Source: an uncultured Clostridia bacterium | Lineage (GTDB): Bacteria; Bacillota; Clostridia; Lachnospirales; Anaerotignaceae | Direction of reading: 5' to 3' | DNA: 64,000 bases | Assembly (NCBI GenBank): GCA_944384265.1 | Contig: CALWSR010000002.1 | Coordinates: forward strand, 40,361 to 104,360 | Part shown: positions 30,372-41,270 of the stretch, in pieces | How the letters are laid out: the number at the start of each line of letters is the position of its first letter | How positions within the stretch are numbered: the first letter of the stretch is position 1 | The notes under the pieces: generated by a model | Databases searched by the model: none | What the model was told of the DNA's origin: nothing | What the model saw: the letters and a program-made list of their open reading frames with translations, nothing else | Program-made: the position numbers and the translations under genes

Positions 30372-31036
30372 GTAAAAAAGAAATAGCAAAGCGATATATT
30401 TTATTTACCATTAGTTTGTTTTTTTCAGCACTGGGGGTTGCCGTAACAAAACATGGAGCATTAGGAGTATCTCCTATTTCATCTATTGCAAATGTTTTCA
30501 GTATAAAATTTATTAGTATTTCATTGGGTATGTGGCTGATATTATGGAATTGTATATTAATAATTGGACAAATCATTATATTAAGAAAAGATTTTAAAAG
30601 GATACAGCTGCTCCAAATACCATTATCATTTTTATTTGGATATTTTACAGATTTTGGTATGTGGTGTGTATCTTCTATTACTGTAAGCAGCTACATAGTG
30701 CAGCTATTATTTGTATTGATTGGTGTTGTTATACTGGGTTTTGGAATATCATTGTCTGTCATAGCAAATGTGATTATGAATTCCGGTGAAGCATTTGTAA
30801 AAGCAATTTCCGATAAAAGCGGTAAAAATTTTGGCAATATTAAAATTGGTTTTGATATATGCAATGTAATTTTATCGCTTATACTATCTATGTTACTTTT
30901 TAATGGTACAATCATTGGCACAAGAGAAGGCACAATCATTACAGCGGTATTTACAGGAATGATTGTCAAAATTTTTACCAAAATGTTAAATTGCCCTTTG
31001 CAAAAAGTATTAGCCACAAAAGCAGTTACTTGCTGA
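30368..31036 (+). CDS. YczE/YyaS/YitT-like membrane protein
   Basis: ALGVSPISS, GFDICNV, IGTREGTIITAVFTG; translationally coupled to marR. Confidence 0.8.
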   Translation: MSKKEIAKRYILFTISLFFSALGVAVTKHGALGVSPISSIANVFSIKFISISLGMWLILWNCILIIGQIIILRKDFKRIQLLQIPLSFLFGYFTDFGMWCVSSITVSSYIVQLLFVLIGVVILGFGISLSVIANVIMNSGEAFVKAISDKSGKNFGNIKIGFDICNVILSLILSMLLFNGTIIGTREGTIITAVFTGMIVKIFTKMLNCPLQKVLATKAVTC

Positions 31037-31093
31037 GATAAAAAAGAAAAGAACAAGAAATAAAAAACTATTTCTTGTTCTAACTGCTGCAAT

Positions 31094-32659
<1,566 letters not shown>

Positions 32660-32747
32660 CTATTTTTTTTAATCTTTATTGAAATCCAGCTTTTTTGGTA
32701 TGCTTTTTTTCACTGTATTTTCAAACATCATTTTTGTATGTTTGTTT

Positions 32748-34625
32748 TCATGTTCTTTTTTCATTAATATCAATTATTTTATCCCCTGCTTGCACAACAT
32801 CATTTTCATTGACTGTCACTTTTAAATCTACATCATCAAAATTCGTAACCAATATCGGTGTTACAACAGAATACCCTTCTTTTTTGATATTTTCTATATC
32901 AAACTCTAACAACACATCTCCTTTTTTCACAATGGCATCTTGTTCTATTTTTAATGTAAAATATTTTCCATTTAACATAACTGTGTTTAATCCTACATGA
33001 ATTAACATTTCTATACCATCTACGGAGCGTAATCCCACAGCGTGTTTCGATGGGAATATGGCAACAGCCTCTCCGTCAAATGGGGCATAAACCCTTCCTT
33101 CATTTGGAAGTATAGCCAATCCTTTACCCGTTGCACCACTTGCAAACACTTCGTCTTCCACATTTTCTAATGTAATGGCCTCTCCGCTTACCGGTGCAAA
33201 TACTTCAGAATGTTTTTTTTCTGTTACAACATTATTTATGACAGGAGATTCTTTGATTACAGCACTTGTGGCTTCCTTTTCCAATACAGGCTCAAAATCT
33301 GCTTTATCATCACTTGTAATCCCCCAAAAATAAGTTAATATCATTCCTGCTGCCAAAGCTGCTGCAATACCAATGAGAAATGGAATAAATGGTGTATATG
33401 TCATCATTGCTATGGAAAATACATTATGAAAAACATAAGAATCCATTGTTACACCAAAAAAGCCATTGATTGCTCCCCCAATGCCTCCGGCGATTGCAAC
33501 AATGAGCATCATTCGTTTGTAACGCATAATAATACCATACAAAATCGGTTCTGTTACGCCTGCCAAAAATCCTGTTAAAAGAGTTGGACCTGCAATTTCT
33601 TTAATTTTGGAATGTTTTTTTCCTTTTAAATAAGCACCGATTGCAATGCCAAGCTCTGCATAAACACAACAAACAGCCGCCCCTTCAATCACATCTCCAT
33701 TAAATTCTGTAAGATTTTGCAGTGAAATAGGTGTAAATCCCCAATGAAGTCCCAGTATTGTTAAAAATGGGTATGCTGCCCCAAGTACCACACCGGCAAT
33801 CACACCGCTAATGCTAAACAATTTCATTACCACAGCAGAAATTACATTGCCAATGATTGTGCCAAAAGGTCCAAATACCAGTGCTGCTAGTGGTACCAGA
33901 ACAATAATACAAATCATAGATACCAAAAACATTTGTAATTCCTGTTTTATTATTTTTTTCAAAAATCTGTCTAAATAAGCATATATAAAAGAAATAATAA
34001 ATATAGGAAATATTGTTGTTGCATAATCCACAGCAGTCAAGGGAATGCCAAAAAAGTTTGTTCCTTCCTGCCCTATCAATGCCGTAAATGACGGCTCCAG
34101 CAGTGCTGCGCCTAAAGCTCCGCCAACATAAGCATTTGCACCAAACTGCTTTGATAATGTAATACCTAAAAATATAGGCATAAAATAAAATACAGCATTG
34201 CCAGCAGCAGATAATACAGCATAAGTAGCACCGGTATCTGCCATCATTCCAAACTGAACAAATACAGTCAGCAGAGCTTTTACCATACCAGCACCAGCCA
34301 TAATGGGTATCAGAGGCGAAAAGGCACCAGAAATAATTTTTAATATTGACATATTGCCACTTTTTTCCCTATCCTTCTTTAAATGAGCAATTTTTAAAAC
34401 TGCTTCATAATAAGAACTTACCTTTGGACCAATCACCACCTGAAATTGTCCTCCGCTTACTACAACAGATAATACATAAGAAAGCCCTTCTAATGCTGTT
34501 TTATCTGCTTTTTTATTGTCTTTTAATTCAAATCTTAAACGTGTAGCACAATGTACTAAACTGTTTATGTTACTGCTTCCGCCAACCAATGTTAAAATTT
34601 CCTTTGCTTCCTTTTCAAACATCAT
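32748..34625 (-). CDS. bglF: PTS beta-glucoside transporter IIBCA
   Basis: HCATRLRF (IIB Cys), GVTEPILYG (IIC), HAVG..EMLIHVGLNTV (IIA). Start at 34625. Confidence 0.93.
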   Translation of the reverse strand: MMFEKEAKEILTLVGGSSNINSLVHCATRLRFELKDNKKADKTALEGLSYVLSVVVSGGQFQVVIGPKVSSYYEAVLKIAHLKKDREKSGNMSILKIISGAFSPLIPIMAGAGMVKALLTVFVQFGMMADTGATYAVLSAAGNAVFYFMPIFLGITLSKQFGANAYVGGALGAALLEPSFTALIGQEGTNFFGIPLTAVDYATTIFPIFIISFIYAYLDRFLKKIIKQELQMFLVSMICIIVLVPLAALVFGPFGTIIGNVISAVVMKLFSISGVIAGVVLGAAYPFLTILGLHWGFTPISLQNLTEFNGDVIEGAAVCCVYAELGIAIGAYLKGKKHSKIKEIAGPTLLTGFLAGVTEPILYGIIMRYKRMMLIVAIAGGIGGAINGFFGVTMDSYVFHNVFSIAMMTYTPFIPFLIGIAAALAAGMILTYFWGITSDDKADFEPVLEKEATSAVIKESPVINNVVTEKKHSEVFAPVSGEAITLENVEDEVFASGATGKGLAILPNEGRVYAPFDGEAVAIFPSKHAVGLRSVDGIEMLIHVGLNTVMLNGKYFTLKIEQDAIVKKGDVLLEFDIENIKKEGYSVVTPILVTNFDDVDLKVTVNENDVVQAGDKIIDINEKRT

Positions 34626-34645
34626 ATTTCCCCCTTTTTTACAAA

Positions 34646-34712
34646 ATAAAAACCTAAGCAATATGAGGTACTCATACAGCTTAGGTTACGCCTTTATCAT
34701 TCAGTAACGCCC
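34646..34712 (-). promoter_or_regulatory. RAT site 2 plus terminator ahead of the PTS gene
   Basis: GGGCGTTACTGAATGATAAAGGCGTAACC, then stem AACCTAAG..CTTAGGTT with a T run. Confidence 0.8.
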
Positions 34713-35544
34713 TGCTATCAGAATATAAACAATTCAGATGTAGTGATAAATATAATAACTCATCATTTCCAATTTCCCAATGATATTTTTTTTCCAAAAA
34801 TTCTTTTATTTTTTTAGCACATTTATAGTCATTTGGATATTTTAAAGCAATTACATTGATAAGTGAAGAATCATTGTTCATTTTTTCATGATGTAACTGC
34901 CTCATTACAAAATAGCGAATATGTGTGATGAATCTCGAAAAATTAAATGATGTTTCTACAAATTCTATTTTATAATGATATTTTGCAATATCAATCACAT
35001 TTTGAATAATTTTAGAGCTTAATATTGTTTCCTGCATATCCTTTCCTTCATAATGTGTGTTTATAAAATGCAGTGCAATAAAAGCAGCCTCCTGCTCCGG
35101 AATATCTAAACCTGTCTGCTTTCTTATTTTTTCCACAGCAGAGCAAGCATATTGATATTCGTTTGGATAAATCATTTTAATATCCCATTCTAAAGGTGTA
35201 AGAAATAATATTTTTTCTCTTGCTCTTTTCAGCATAAAACTGATATGGTCTGATAATGTTAATAATATAGAATTATTGCAAATATATCCAAGGTGTTGTT
35301 CTCCGCATTGAATAATATCACTTGCCAATTCAATATCTTCAATATTCACTCTGCCCAACAATTCTTGAAATGCTTTGACAGAAGTTTTATCCTCCAATAC
35401 AAAGCGTTTTTCAATTTTATTTTGGTCAATGGTGTCATTTTCTCGCTTTGCAAAACCAACTCCTTTTCCCATAATAATTTCCTCGTGGTTAGAGTCGTTT
35501 AAAACAAGGGCAACATTATTATTAAAAACTTTAACAACTTTCAT
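34681..35544 (-). CDS. bglG: BglG/LicT-family antiterminator
   Basis: MKVVKVFNNNVAL..MGKGVGF CAT domain; PRD His motifs LSDHISF, IALHF, FITHIRY, LSLHL. Start at 35544. Confidence 0.93.
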   Translation of the reverse strand: MKVVKVFNNNVALVLNDSNHEEIIMGKGVGFAKRENDTIDQNKIEKRFVLEDKTSVKAFQELLGRVNIEDIELASDIIQCGEQHLGYICNNSILLTLSDHISFMLKRAREKILFLTPLEWDIKMIYPNEYQYACSAVEKIRKQTGLDIPEQEAAFIALHFINTHYEGKDMQETILSSKIIQNVIDIAKYHYKIEFVETSFNFSRFITHIRYFVMRQLHHEKMNNDSSLINVIALKYPNDYKCAKKIKEFLEKKYHWEIGNDELLYLSLHLNCLYSDSRALLNDKGVT

Positions 35545-35564
35545 ACTCTCCTCCTGTTTCAACA

Positions 35565-35636
35565 TAAAAAGGCGCAACCACGAAAGACACCTTTTTATGT
35601 CTTAGTTGGTCACGCCTGCATTATCAGTAACGATCC
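35565..35636 (-). promoter_or_regulatory. RAT site 1 plus terminator ahead of the antiterminator gene
   Basis: GGATCGTTACTGATAATGCAGGCGTGACC overlapping stem GGCGTGACC..GGTTGCGCC-TTTTT. Confidence 0.88.
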
Positions 35637-35646
35637 TTATGCTAGC

Positions 35647-35675
35647 ATTATAACAAGTGTCATAAATTTTGTCAA
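35647..35675 (-). promoter_or_regulatory. Consensus SigA promoter of the bgl operon
   Basis: TTGACA, 17 bp, TATAAT immediately upstream of RAT1. Confidence 0.85.
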
Positions 35676-35799
35676 TTCTGTTTTTGAAAAAATGTGCATA
35701 AATATAAAAATAAAATTTTATCAATAATTTATATATTTTTAAAAATACAAAAGGTACAAACTATCCAATGAAAAAGATGCATGATATATTAGCAATGAC

Positions 35800-36105
35800 T
35801 ATAATCATTTAGCCGGTACAGTAAAACAGCAGCTTTATAAACAGACATTTTAAGCTGCATACCATAATGGATAACACTTTCTATATGACGCCCCCATCCA
35901 CAGACCATAGAGAAGATTTTGGTGATATTGTTGAAAATCAATCAAATTTGGTCATTTTTGCAAACAAAGGCTATGAAGAAAACCACCTTGCCTAAGAAAT
36001 GGCAAAGCAAGGCATATGTTTAAATATTCCAATCATAAAATGAATTTTGCAAAACCAATGCAGTTGATTTTTAAACTGCCAAGAGGAGCAGAAACTGTAT
36101 AAATG
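35800..36105 (+). mobile_element. IS982-like transposase remnant
   Basis: FKLHT..FYMTPPSTDHRE..VIFANKGY..*EMAKQGICL..QLIFK..ETV fragments with stops and deletions. Confidence 0.65.
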
Positions 36106-36204
36106 AACAATAATATGCAAAAAAGTGCCAGCAAAATGTTTTCATGGATTATGCTCTTGGCCTGTAAATAAAATATTATCATATCATAGATTCTAAGAAT
36201 GATG

Positions 36205-36233
36205 TTGATATTGTTTCTATAAAAGATTATAAT
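36205..36233 (+). promoter_or_regulatory. SigA promoter of the methyltransferase
   Basis: TTGATA, 17 bp, TATAAT; GGGAGG RBS downstream. Confidence 0.7.
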
Positions 36234-36261
36234 TTTCTCATAAAATAAGGGAGGGTCTGCT

Positions 36262-38451
36262 ATGTATATGTCTGTTTCTGCTGCTGCCGAAAAGTTTAAT
36301 CTATCAAAGCAAAGAGTAAAAGCATTGTGTGAGCAAGGAAAAATCAAAGGTGCCAATATGCTAAGGGGGGTTTGGCTGATTCCTAGAAATGCAGAAAAGC
36401 CTGCTGATTTCAGTAAAAAAAAGCAATCCGTTAATACACAAATTTCATTATCTGAAAATGGCTTAAAAAATATAAATAATCATTACACACTTGAAGAAGT
36501 ATGCAGTTTATTGTCTATTTCTTCTGAAACAGCAAAGAATTGGATTCGTTTAGGAAAATTGAAGACAGAAGAAAATGGCAAAACTTTTAATGGGAAATAT
36601 ATTCAAAAACTATATGAAAAAATGAAAAGTGGAAAAGATGGACGATTAAAAAATAGACGAAATAAAAAAACTGTAACAGGAAAATCATTATATAAGGATT
36701 ATATAAAAAGCGGCATCAACAAGGAACTTGTCAAACATATTTTAAATCAACATGAATTCCTTTTAGAAGAGGAATTGAGGACCATATTGGCCCACTTTGC
36801 AATACAATTATATAATCAAAAAAATGAAATATTAGAAGACAAAATTGCTTGGATAAATAGAAATAATATGTTCACAGAAGATGCTACATTTAATGCATTG
36901 ATATTAGATTTGTTAAAAGATGTAGATTTCAGCTTATTGGATTTGTCCAAATGGAAAGAAGTTTTTTATGAAAACATTCATTTTGAACCCACTGATGATA
37001 TTTTAGGATTTATGTATATATCATTGAAGGATTTGAGTCATCGCAAACAAACAGGTACTTATTATACACCGAAAAAAACTGTAAATGCATTAATTGCTCA
37101 TTTGTTAAACTGTACTGATTTACAAGGAAAAACACTTTGCGATCCTTGCTGTGGAACCGGTAACTTTTTCATTGGATTAATAAACAGCGGAGTGAAGGCA
37201 AAAGCAATTTATGGACAAGATATGGATGAAATAAGTGTTTTGATAGCTCGTATCAATATATATTTACTCGATTCTACAATAACAAAGGATGCATTATATT
37301 CACATTTTATTGTCGGAAATACATTAGAAAATACATTTGATTTAAAGTTTTCCGTGATATTGGGGAATCCACCGTGGGGATACTCCTTTTCAAATAAAGA
37401 AAAGGAGTATCTATTAAAACATTATGATACAGCAAAAAACAGAGGAATGGAATCATATGATTTGTTCATAGAAAAAGGGATAGATATGCTTGAAGAAAAT
37501 GGCTATATTGCATATGTTTTACCAGAAGCACTGCTACATGTAGCTTCTCATACGCAAATACGAAGGCTTATTGTTGAGAAAACATCATTTAAATTCATTT
37601 CTTATTTAGGCAATACTTTTTCCGGAGTACAATGTCCCGCTGTAATATTAGGACTAATAAAGGATGGAAATGGAAAAACAAAGCAGTGTATCGTATCCTT
37701 GGGCAAAAAAAAATTTGAGCTACAAAAAGAAAGAAAAATAGATGAAAATTCATTCACTACTTTTCATATGAACGATGAGGAATATTTTTGTATGGAAGCA
37801 ATCGCTTCTATTCCAAATGCAATATTTTTAGCAAACAATGCAAAATTTGCTTTAGGAATTGTAACCGGAAATAATAAAAAATTTATTAAAACAAAAAAAG
37901 AAAACAAAGATTATGAAATCATTTTAAAAGGAAACGATATTTTAAAATATTCTTATCGAAATCCCAAAAATTATATCAAGTTTACACCGGAACTTTTTCA
38001 ACAGGTTGCCCCTGTGGAAATATACAGAGCAGAAGAAAAATTGTTATATCGATTTATTGGAAAAGTTCCTGTTTTCACTTATGACAATAACAAAACATTA
38101 TCGTTAAATAGCTGCAACATTGTTATTCCGCAAATAGAGGGAATGCACATAAAATATATTCTTGCAGTATTGAATTCAAGTGTTGCTGCATTTTATATAA
38201 ATAAAAAATTTCACTCTGTTAAGCTGTTACGTTCACATATTGAATCCTTTCCTATACCGGTTATCAGCAGCGAAAAACAGGAAAATATCATAAAAAAAGT
38301 AGACTGCATAATCAATTCAAACAAAAACATTTACAATCTATATACAGAGTTAGATACAGATATTATGAGCTTATACAAATTATCAAAAAATCAAATAGAA
38401 ACCATTTACAATGCTCTTTCAGATAAAAATTTATTCCTTGCTGCACGATAA
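36262..38451 (+). CDS. N6-adenine DNA methyltransferase (gamma class, TaqI/Eco57I-like) with two N-terminal HTH domains; no partner endonuclease
   Basis: GTYYTP, DPCCGTGNF (motif I), ILGNPPW (motif IV), C-terminal TaqI-like specificity region. N-terminal MSVSAAAEKFNLSKQRVKALC and YTLEEVCSLLSISSETAKNWIRLG HTHs. Confidence 0.88.
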   Translation: MYMSVSAAAEKFNLSKQRVKALCEQGKIKGANMLRGVWLIPRNAEKPADFSKKKQSVNTQISLSENGLKNINNHYTLEEVCSLLSISSETAKNWIRLGKLKTEENGKTFNGKYIQKLYEKMKSGKDGRLKNRRNKKTVTGKSLYKDYIKSGINKELVKHILNQHEFLLEEELRTILAHFAIQLYNQKNEILEDKIAWINRNNMFTEDATFNALILDLLKDVDFSLLDLSKWKEVFYENIHFEPTDDILGFMYISLKDLSHRKQTGTYYTPKKTVNALIAHLLNCTDLQGKTLCDPCCGTGNFFIGLINSGVKAKAIYGQDMDEISVLIARINIYLLDSTITKDALYSHFIVGNTLENTFDLKFSVILGNPPWGYSFSNKEKEYLLKHYDTAKNRGMESYDLFIEKGIDMLEENGYIAYVLPEALLHVASHTQIRRLIVEKTSFKFISYLGNTFSGVQCPAVILGLIKDGNGKTKQCIVSLGKKKFELQKERKIDENSFTTFHMNDEEYFCMEAIASIPNAIFLANNAKFALGIVTGNNKKFIKTKKENKDYEIILKGNDILKYSYRNPKNYIKFTPELFQQVAPVEIYRAEEKLLYRFIGKVPVFTYDNNKTLSLNSCNIVIPQIEGMHIKYILAVLNSSVAAFYINKKFHSVKLLRSHIESFPIPVISSEKQENIIKKVDCIINSNKNIYNLYTELDTDIMSLYKLSKNQIETIYNALSDKNLFLAAR

Positions 38452-38519
38452 ATCATATGTTTGTTCATAAGCTATCCTTCATAAAGTAATTGTCTTACAG
38501 ATAGAATGGGGAAAATAGT

Positions 38520-38900
38520 TTTTAAAGCAACGCCCTCTCACCATTTGCAAAATCTACTGTAAACACTTTGGTGAGGAGGATATGGACTGGAATATCCTCC
38601 CACCCAGAACCATTGCAGGCAAGCCACCGAATTGCATTGACCGATAGTATCAGTTGACTGATTACCTTTATGCACAGGGAACGGAACCAACTATTTCATC
38701 CCAGAAAGGAGCAAAATTTGAAAGACAGTGTGACCCATGGAAATACATTTCGTAAAAAAATATTTTCTTAAGCTAAAAGGCTTTCGTAGAATTGCCACAT
38801 GGCATGACAAGCTTATCTTCACATATTTAGGATTTATACGTCTTGCTTCCATACTAATTTGGTTAAAATAACTAAAGAAAAACGCTTTACAAACACGCTA
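38520..38900 (+). mobile_element. IS5-family transposase C-terminal remnant
   Basis: QLTDYLYAQGTEPTISS.KGAKFERQCD..KLKGFRRIATWHDKLIFTYLGFIRLASILIWLK*, followed by an end-like TTTACAAACACGCTA. Confidence 0.75.
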
Positions 38901-39061
38901 TAATATCACATTAAAAAATAAGCTTTACAAAGCTTACTTATATTATCTAAAATCGCAACATATTTTTACACACCTGTACTAAAAATTGTATTGTTTTCCG
39001 TAAATAATATAAAAAAGACCGTCACAAAATCATTGTCACAGTCTTTTTGTGTTTATGCTAT

Positions 39062-39232
39062 TTAATTTCCTTTGCTGCTGAGAGGATTGCTTCTTTCCTC
39101 CCAAAAAATATTATTATCCGGCTCCACCTTGCCACTTTCTGCATCATACTTTGCATTTTGGCGAATCTGATATAAATCATTTCTGGAAACAGTATCCTTT
39201 TTATTGATGTTTGTATCTCGATTTTTTATCAT
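39062..39232 (-). CDS. Small 56-aa hypothetical protein (below ORF-track cutoff), candidate spore protein
   Basis: MIKNRDTNINKKDTVSRNDLYQIRQNAKYDAESGKVEPDNNIFWEERSNPLSSKGN; GAGGTG RBS; terminator-like hairpin 39012-39048 downstream. Confidence 0.65.
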   Translation of the reverse strand: MIKNRDTNINKKDTVSRNDLYQIRQNAKYDAESGKVEPDNNIFWEERSNPLSSKGN

Positions 39233-39272
39233 ACCAATCACCTCAGCAATAGTATTTGTTTTTTTTCAAATA

Positions 39273-40949
39273 TTATTCTGCCAGCTGAGTGTGTGTTTTT
39301 GCTTTTCTGGTTTCATTGATGGCTACCTGAGCAATGTTTAAAGCATGGTCAGAAATACGCTCCAAGCTTGTTAAAGAATCCAAATATCGAATACCAGAAC
39401 GCACATTGCAAAGATTATTTGCCAATCGGTTAATATGTCCTGCTCTTAACTTATGCTCCATATCGTCTACCACATCCTCTGCACGAACAGTTTCATAAGC
39501 ATAGGAAGTATCAGAAAATTCTATTGCCTTTAATGCATTGATATAGCTGGTTTTTGTTTTATCAATCATTTCCTTCAATTCCTCAATGGCGGAGTCAGAG
39601 AAAGAAACATTATCTTTTTCTAAAGCCTGTACACATTCTACCAAGTTTTTGCAATGGTCTCCAATACGCTCCATATCTGTAATCACAGCCAAAAGTGAAG
39701 TAACAGTAGAATTCTCTCTTTCATTGACATGGGTGTTACAAATTTTTACCAAATAATTTGAAATGCCATTGCAAAGATTGTTGATTGTCATCTCTCTTTG
39801 ATATACCTTTGCAGCCTTTTGTCCATCTCTTTCCAGCAAAGCCGCCGTTGCTGTGTTTAAATTTTTTTCTACAACATGGCCCATGCGAATTACCTCCAGT
39901 ACTGCACTTTGTACTGCAAAGCTTGGTGTTTCCAAAACTCTGTCATCCAAGTGTACCAATTCGCTTTCGTCCTTTTGCTCCTCTTTTTCCACATGATTGA
40001 GTTTTTTTGCCACCACAATAATCCAATTAGAAAATGGAAAGAGCAATACTGTTGTGGCAATATTAAATGCTGTATGGATGATACTAATTTGTGTTTGTGT
40101 AATAAAGTCCATCCCCATGGCAGGGTTGACGATTTTAAAATAAATAATGCTTAAAATGCTAAAAATAATGGTCCCTGTGATATTAAAAAGCAAATGCATA
40201 TAAGCTGCACATTTTGCATTTTTGCTTGCACCAATACTGGAAAGCATAGCTGTAATACAAGTACCAATGTTTTGTCCCATAATAATATAAACCGCCGCAT
40301 TAAAGGGTACCAAACCGGAAGCAGCCAATGTCTGCAAAATTCCCACTGAGGCAGAGGAGCTTTGTATGATTGCTGTGACAGCAGCACCAGCCAAAACACC
40401 CAAAAGCGGATTATTGCCCAATGTTACAAAAAGTGTTTTAAATGTTTGTGATTCTCTCAGGGGATATACTGCATCAGACATCATTTCAATCCCAATAAAC
40501 AGTACGCCAAAACCAATGATAATAGATGAAACCTCTTTATGACTTGCTTTTTTTGCAGTAATCATTAATATAACACCTATCATCACAACAACGGGAGCAA
40601 GTACAGATGGATTTAAAAACTGCGCCCATTCCACACTGGAAACAAGCCATCCTGTCACAGTTGTTCCAATATTTGCACCCATAATGACACTCATAGATTG
40701 TGTCAAATTCATTAAACCTGCATTTACAAAACCTACTACCATAACTGTTGTAGCAGAGGAGCTTTGTATAATTGCTGTCACGATTGTGCCAAGCAATACT
40801 CCCATCAATTTGTTTTGTGTCAATGCTTTTAAAATTTGCTTCATTTTTGTGCCTGCGGCATTTTGCAGCCCCTGGGCCATGATTTGCATACCATAAATAA
40901 ACAGTGCCAGACCGCCTACAAACGGAATGATAATTTGTGCGTAACTCAT
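39273..40949 (-). CDS. Na+/phosphate cotransporter with PhoU domains
   Basis: Two IIQSSSA repeats, MGANIGTT / MGQNIGTC, C-terminal MERIGDH and LERISDHA. Confidence 0.92.
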   Translation of the reverse strand: MSYAQIIIPFVGGLALFIYGMQIMAQGLQNAAGTKMKQILKALTQNKLMGVLLGTIVTAIIQSSSATTVMVVGFVNAGLMNLTQSMSVIMGANIGTTVTGWLVSSVEWAQFLNPSVLAPVVVMIGVILMITAKKASHKEVSSIIIGFGVLFIGIEMMSDAVYPLRESQTFKTLFVTLGNNPLLGVLAGAAVTAIIQSSSASVGILQTLAASGLVPFNAAVYIIMGQNIGTCITAMLSSIGASKNAKCAAYMHLLFNITGTIIFSILSIIYFKIVNPAMGMDFITQTQISIIHTAFNIATTVLLFPFSNWIIVVAKKLNHVEKEEQKDESELVHLDDRVLETPSFAVQSAVLEVIRMGHVVEKNLNTATAALLERDGQKAAKVYQREMTINNLCNGISNYLVKICNTHVNERENSTVTSLLAVITDMERIGDHCKNLVECVQALEKDNVSFSDSAIEELKEMIDKTKTSYINALKAIEFSDTSYAYETVRAEDVVDDMEHKLRAGHINRLANNLCNVRSGIRYLDSLTSLERISDHALNIAQVAINETRKAKTHTQLAE

Positions 40950-41042
40950 ATGCTCCTCCTCATATCTCCCTTTAAAATCCCCTCTTTTTACTATTTTGTA
41001 CGAATAGAAATATTTTACAAAATATCCTTAAACATATTCAAT

Positions 41043-41090
41043 TTAACATTTATAATCACAAAATTCAACATACTTAACACAAATTTAACA
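41043..41090 (-). promoter_or_regulatory. OmpR/PhoP-type direct repeats (putative Pho boxes)
   Basis: TTAACA/TCAACA/ATCACA at 41043, 41055, 41065, 41074, 41085 (9-12 bp spacing) upstream of a phosphate transporter. Confidence 0.5.
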
Positions 41091-41224
41091 CAAAAAATAA
41101 AAATGTACTATATTTTAGTAAAAATTTTTGTTATATTATTATAATATTGCACAAAAATATATTTTTTTAATCCCAATTTCAAAAAAATACACTCTTGTTT
41201 GTTCACATTTCTAAAAAATATATC

Positions 41225-41254
41225 AAAAAAAGGGCTGTAACAAGCCCTTTTTAT
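41225..41254 (-). terminator. Terminator after the GGDEF-EAL gene
   Basis: AAAAAAGGGCT..AGCCCTTTTT inverted repeat. Confidence 0.7.
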
Positions 41255-41270
41255 ATCATCAATAATTTTT

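Noticed and set aside
36262-38451. Orthologue of C. difficile CamA, or a complete restriction-modification system
   Set aside because: Only class-level motifs are shared, the N-terminal architecture differs, and no endonuclease is seen. Specificity cannot be read from sequence by eye.
38504-38518. Third guaA att copy (GAATGGGGAAAATAG) marking the island's right end
   Set aside because: Imperfect match with no TTGATAAC arm sites nearby, so the right boundary remains unlocated.
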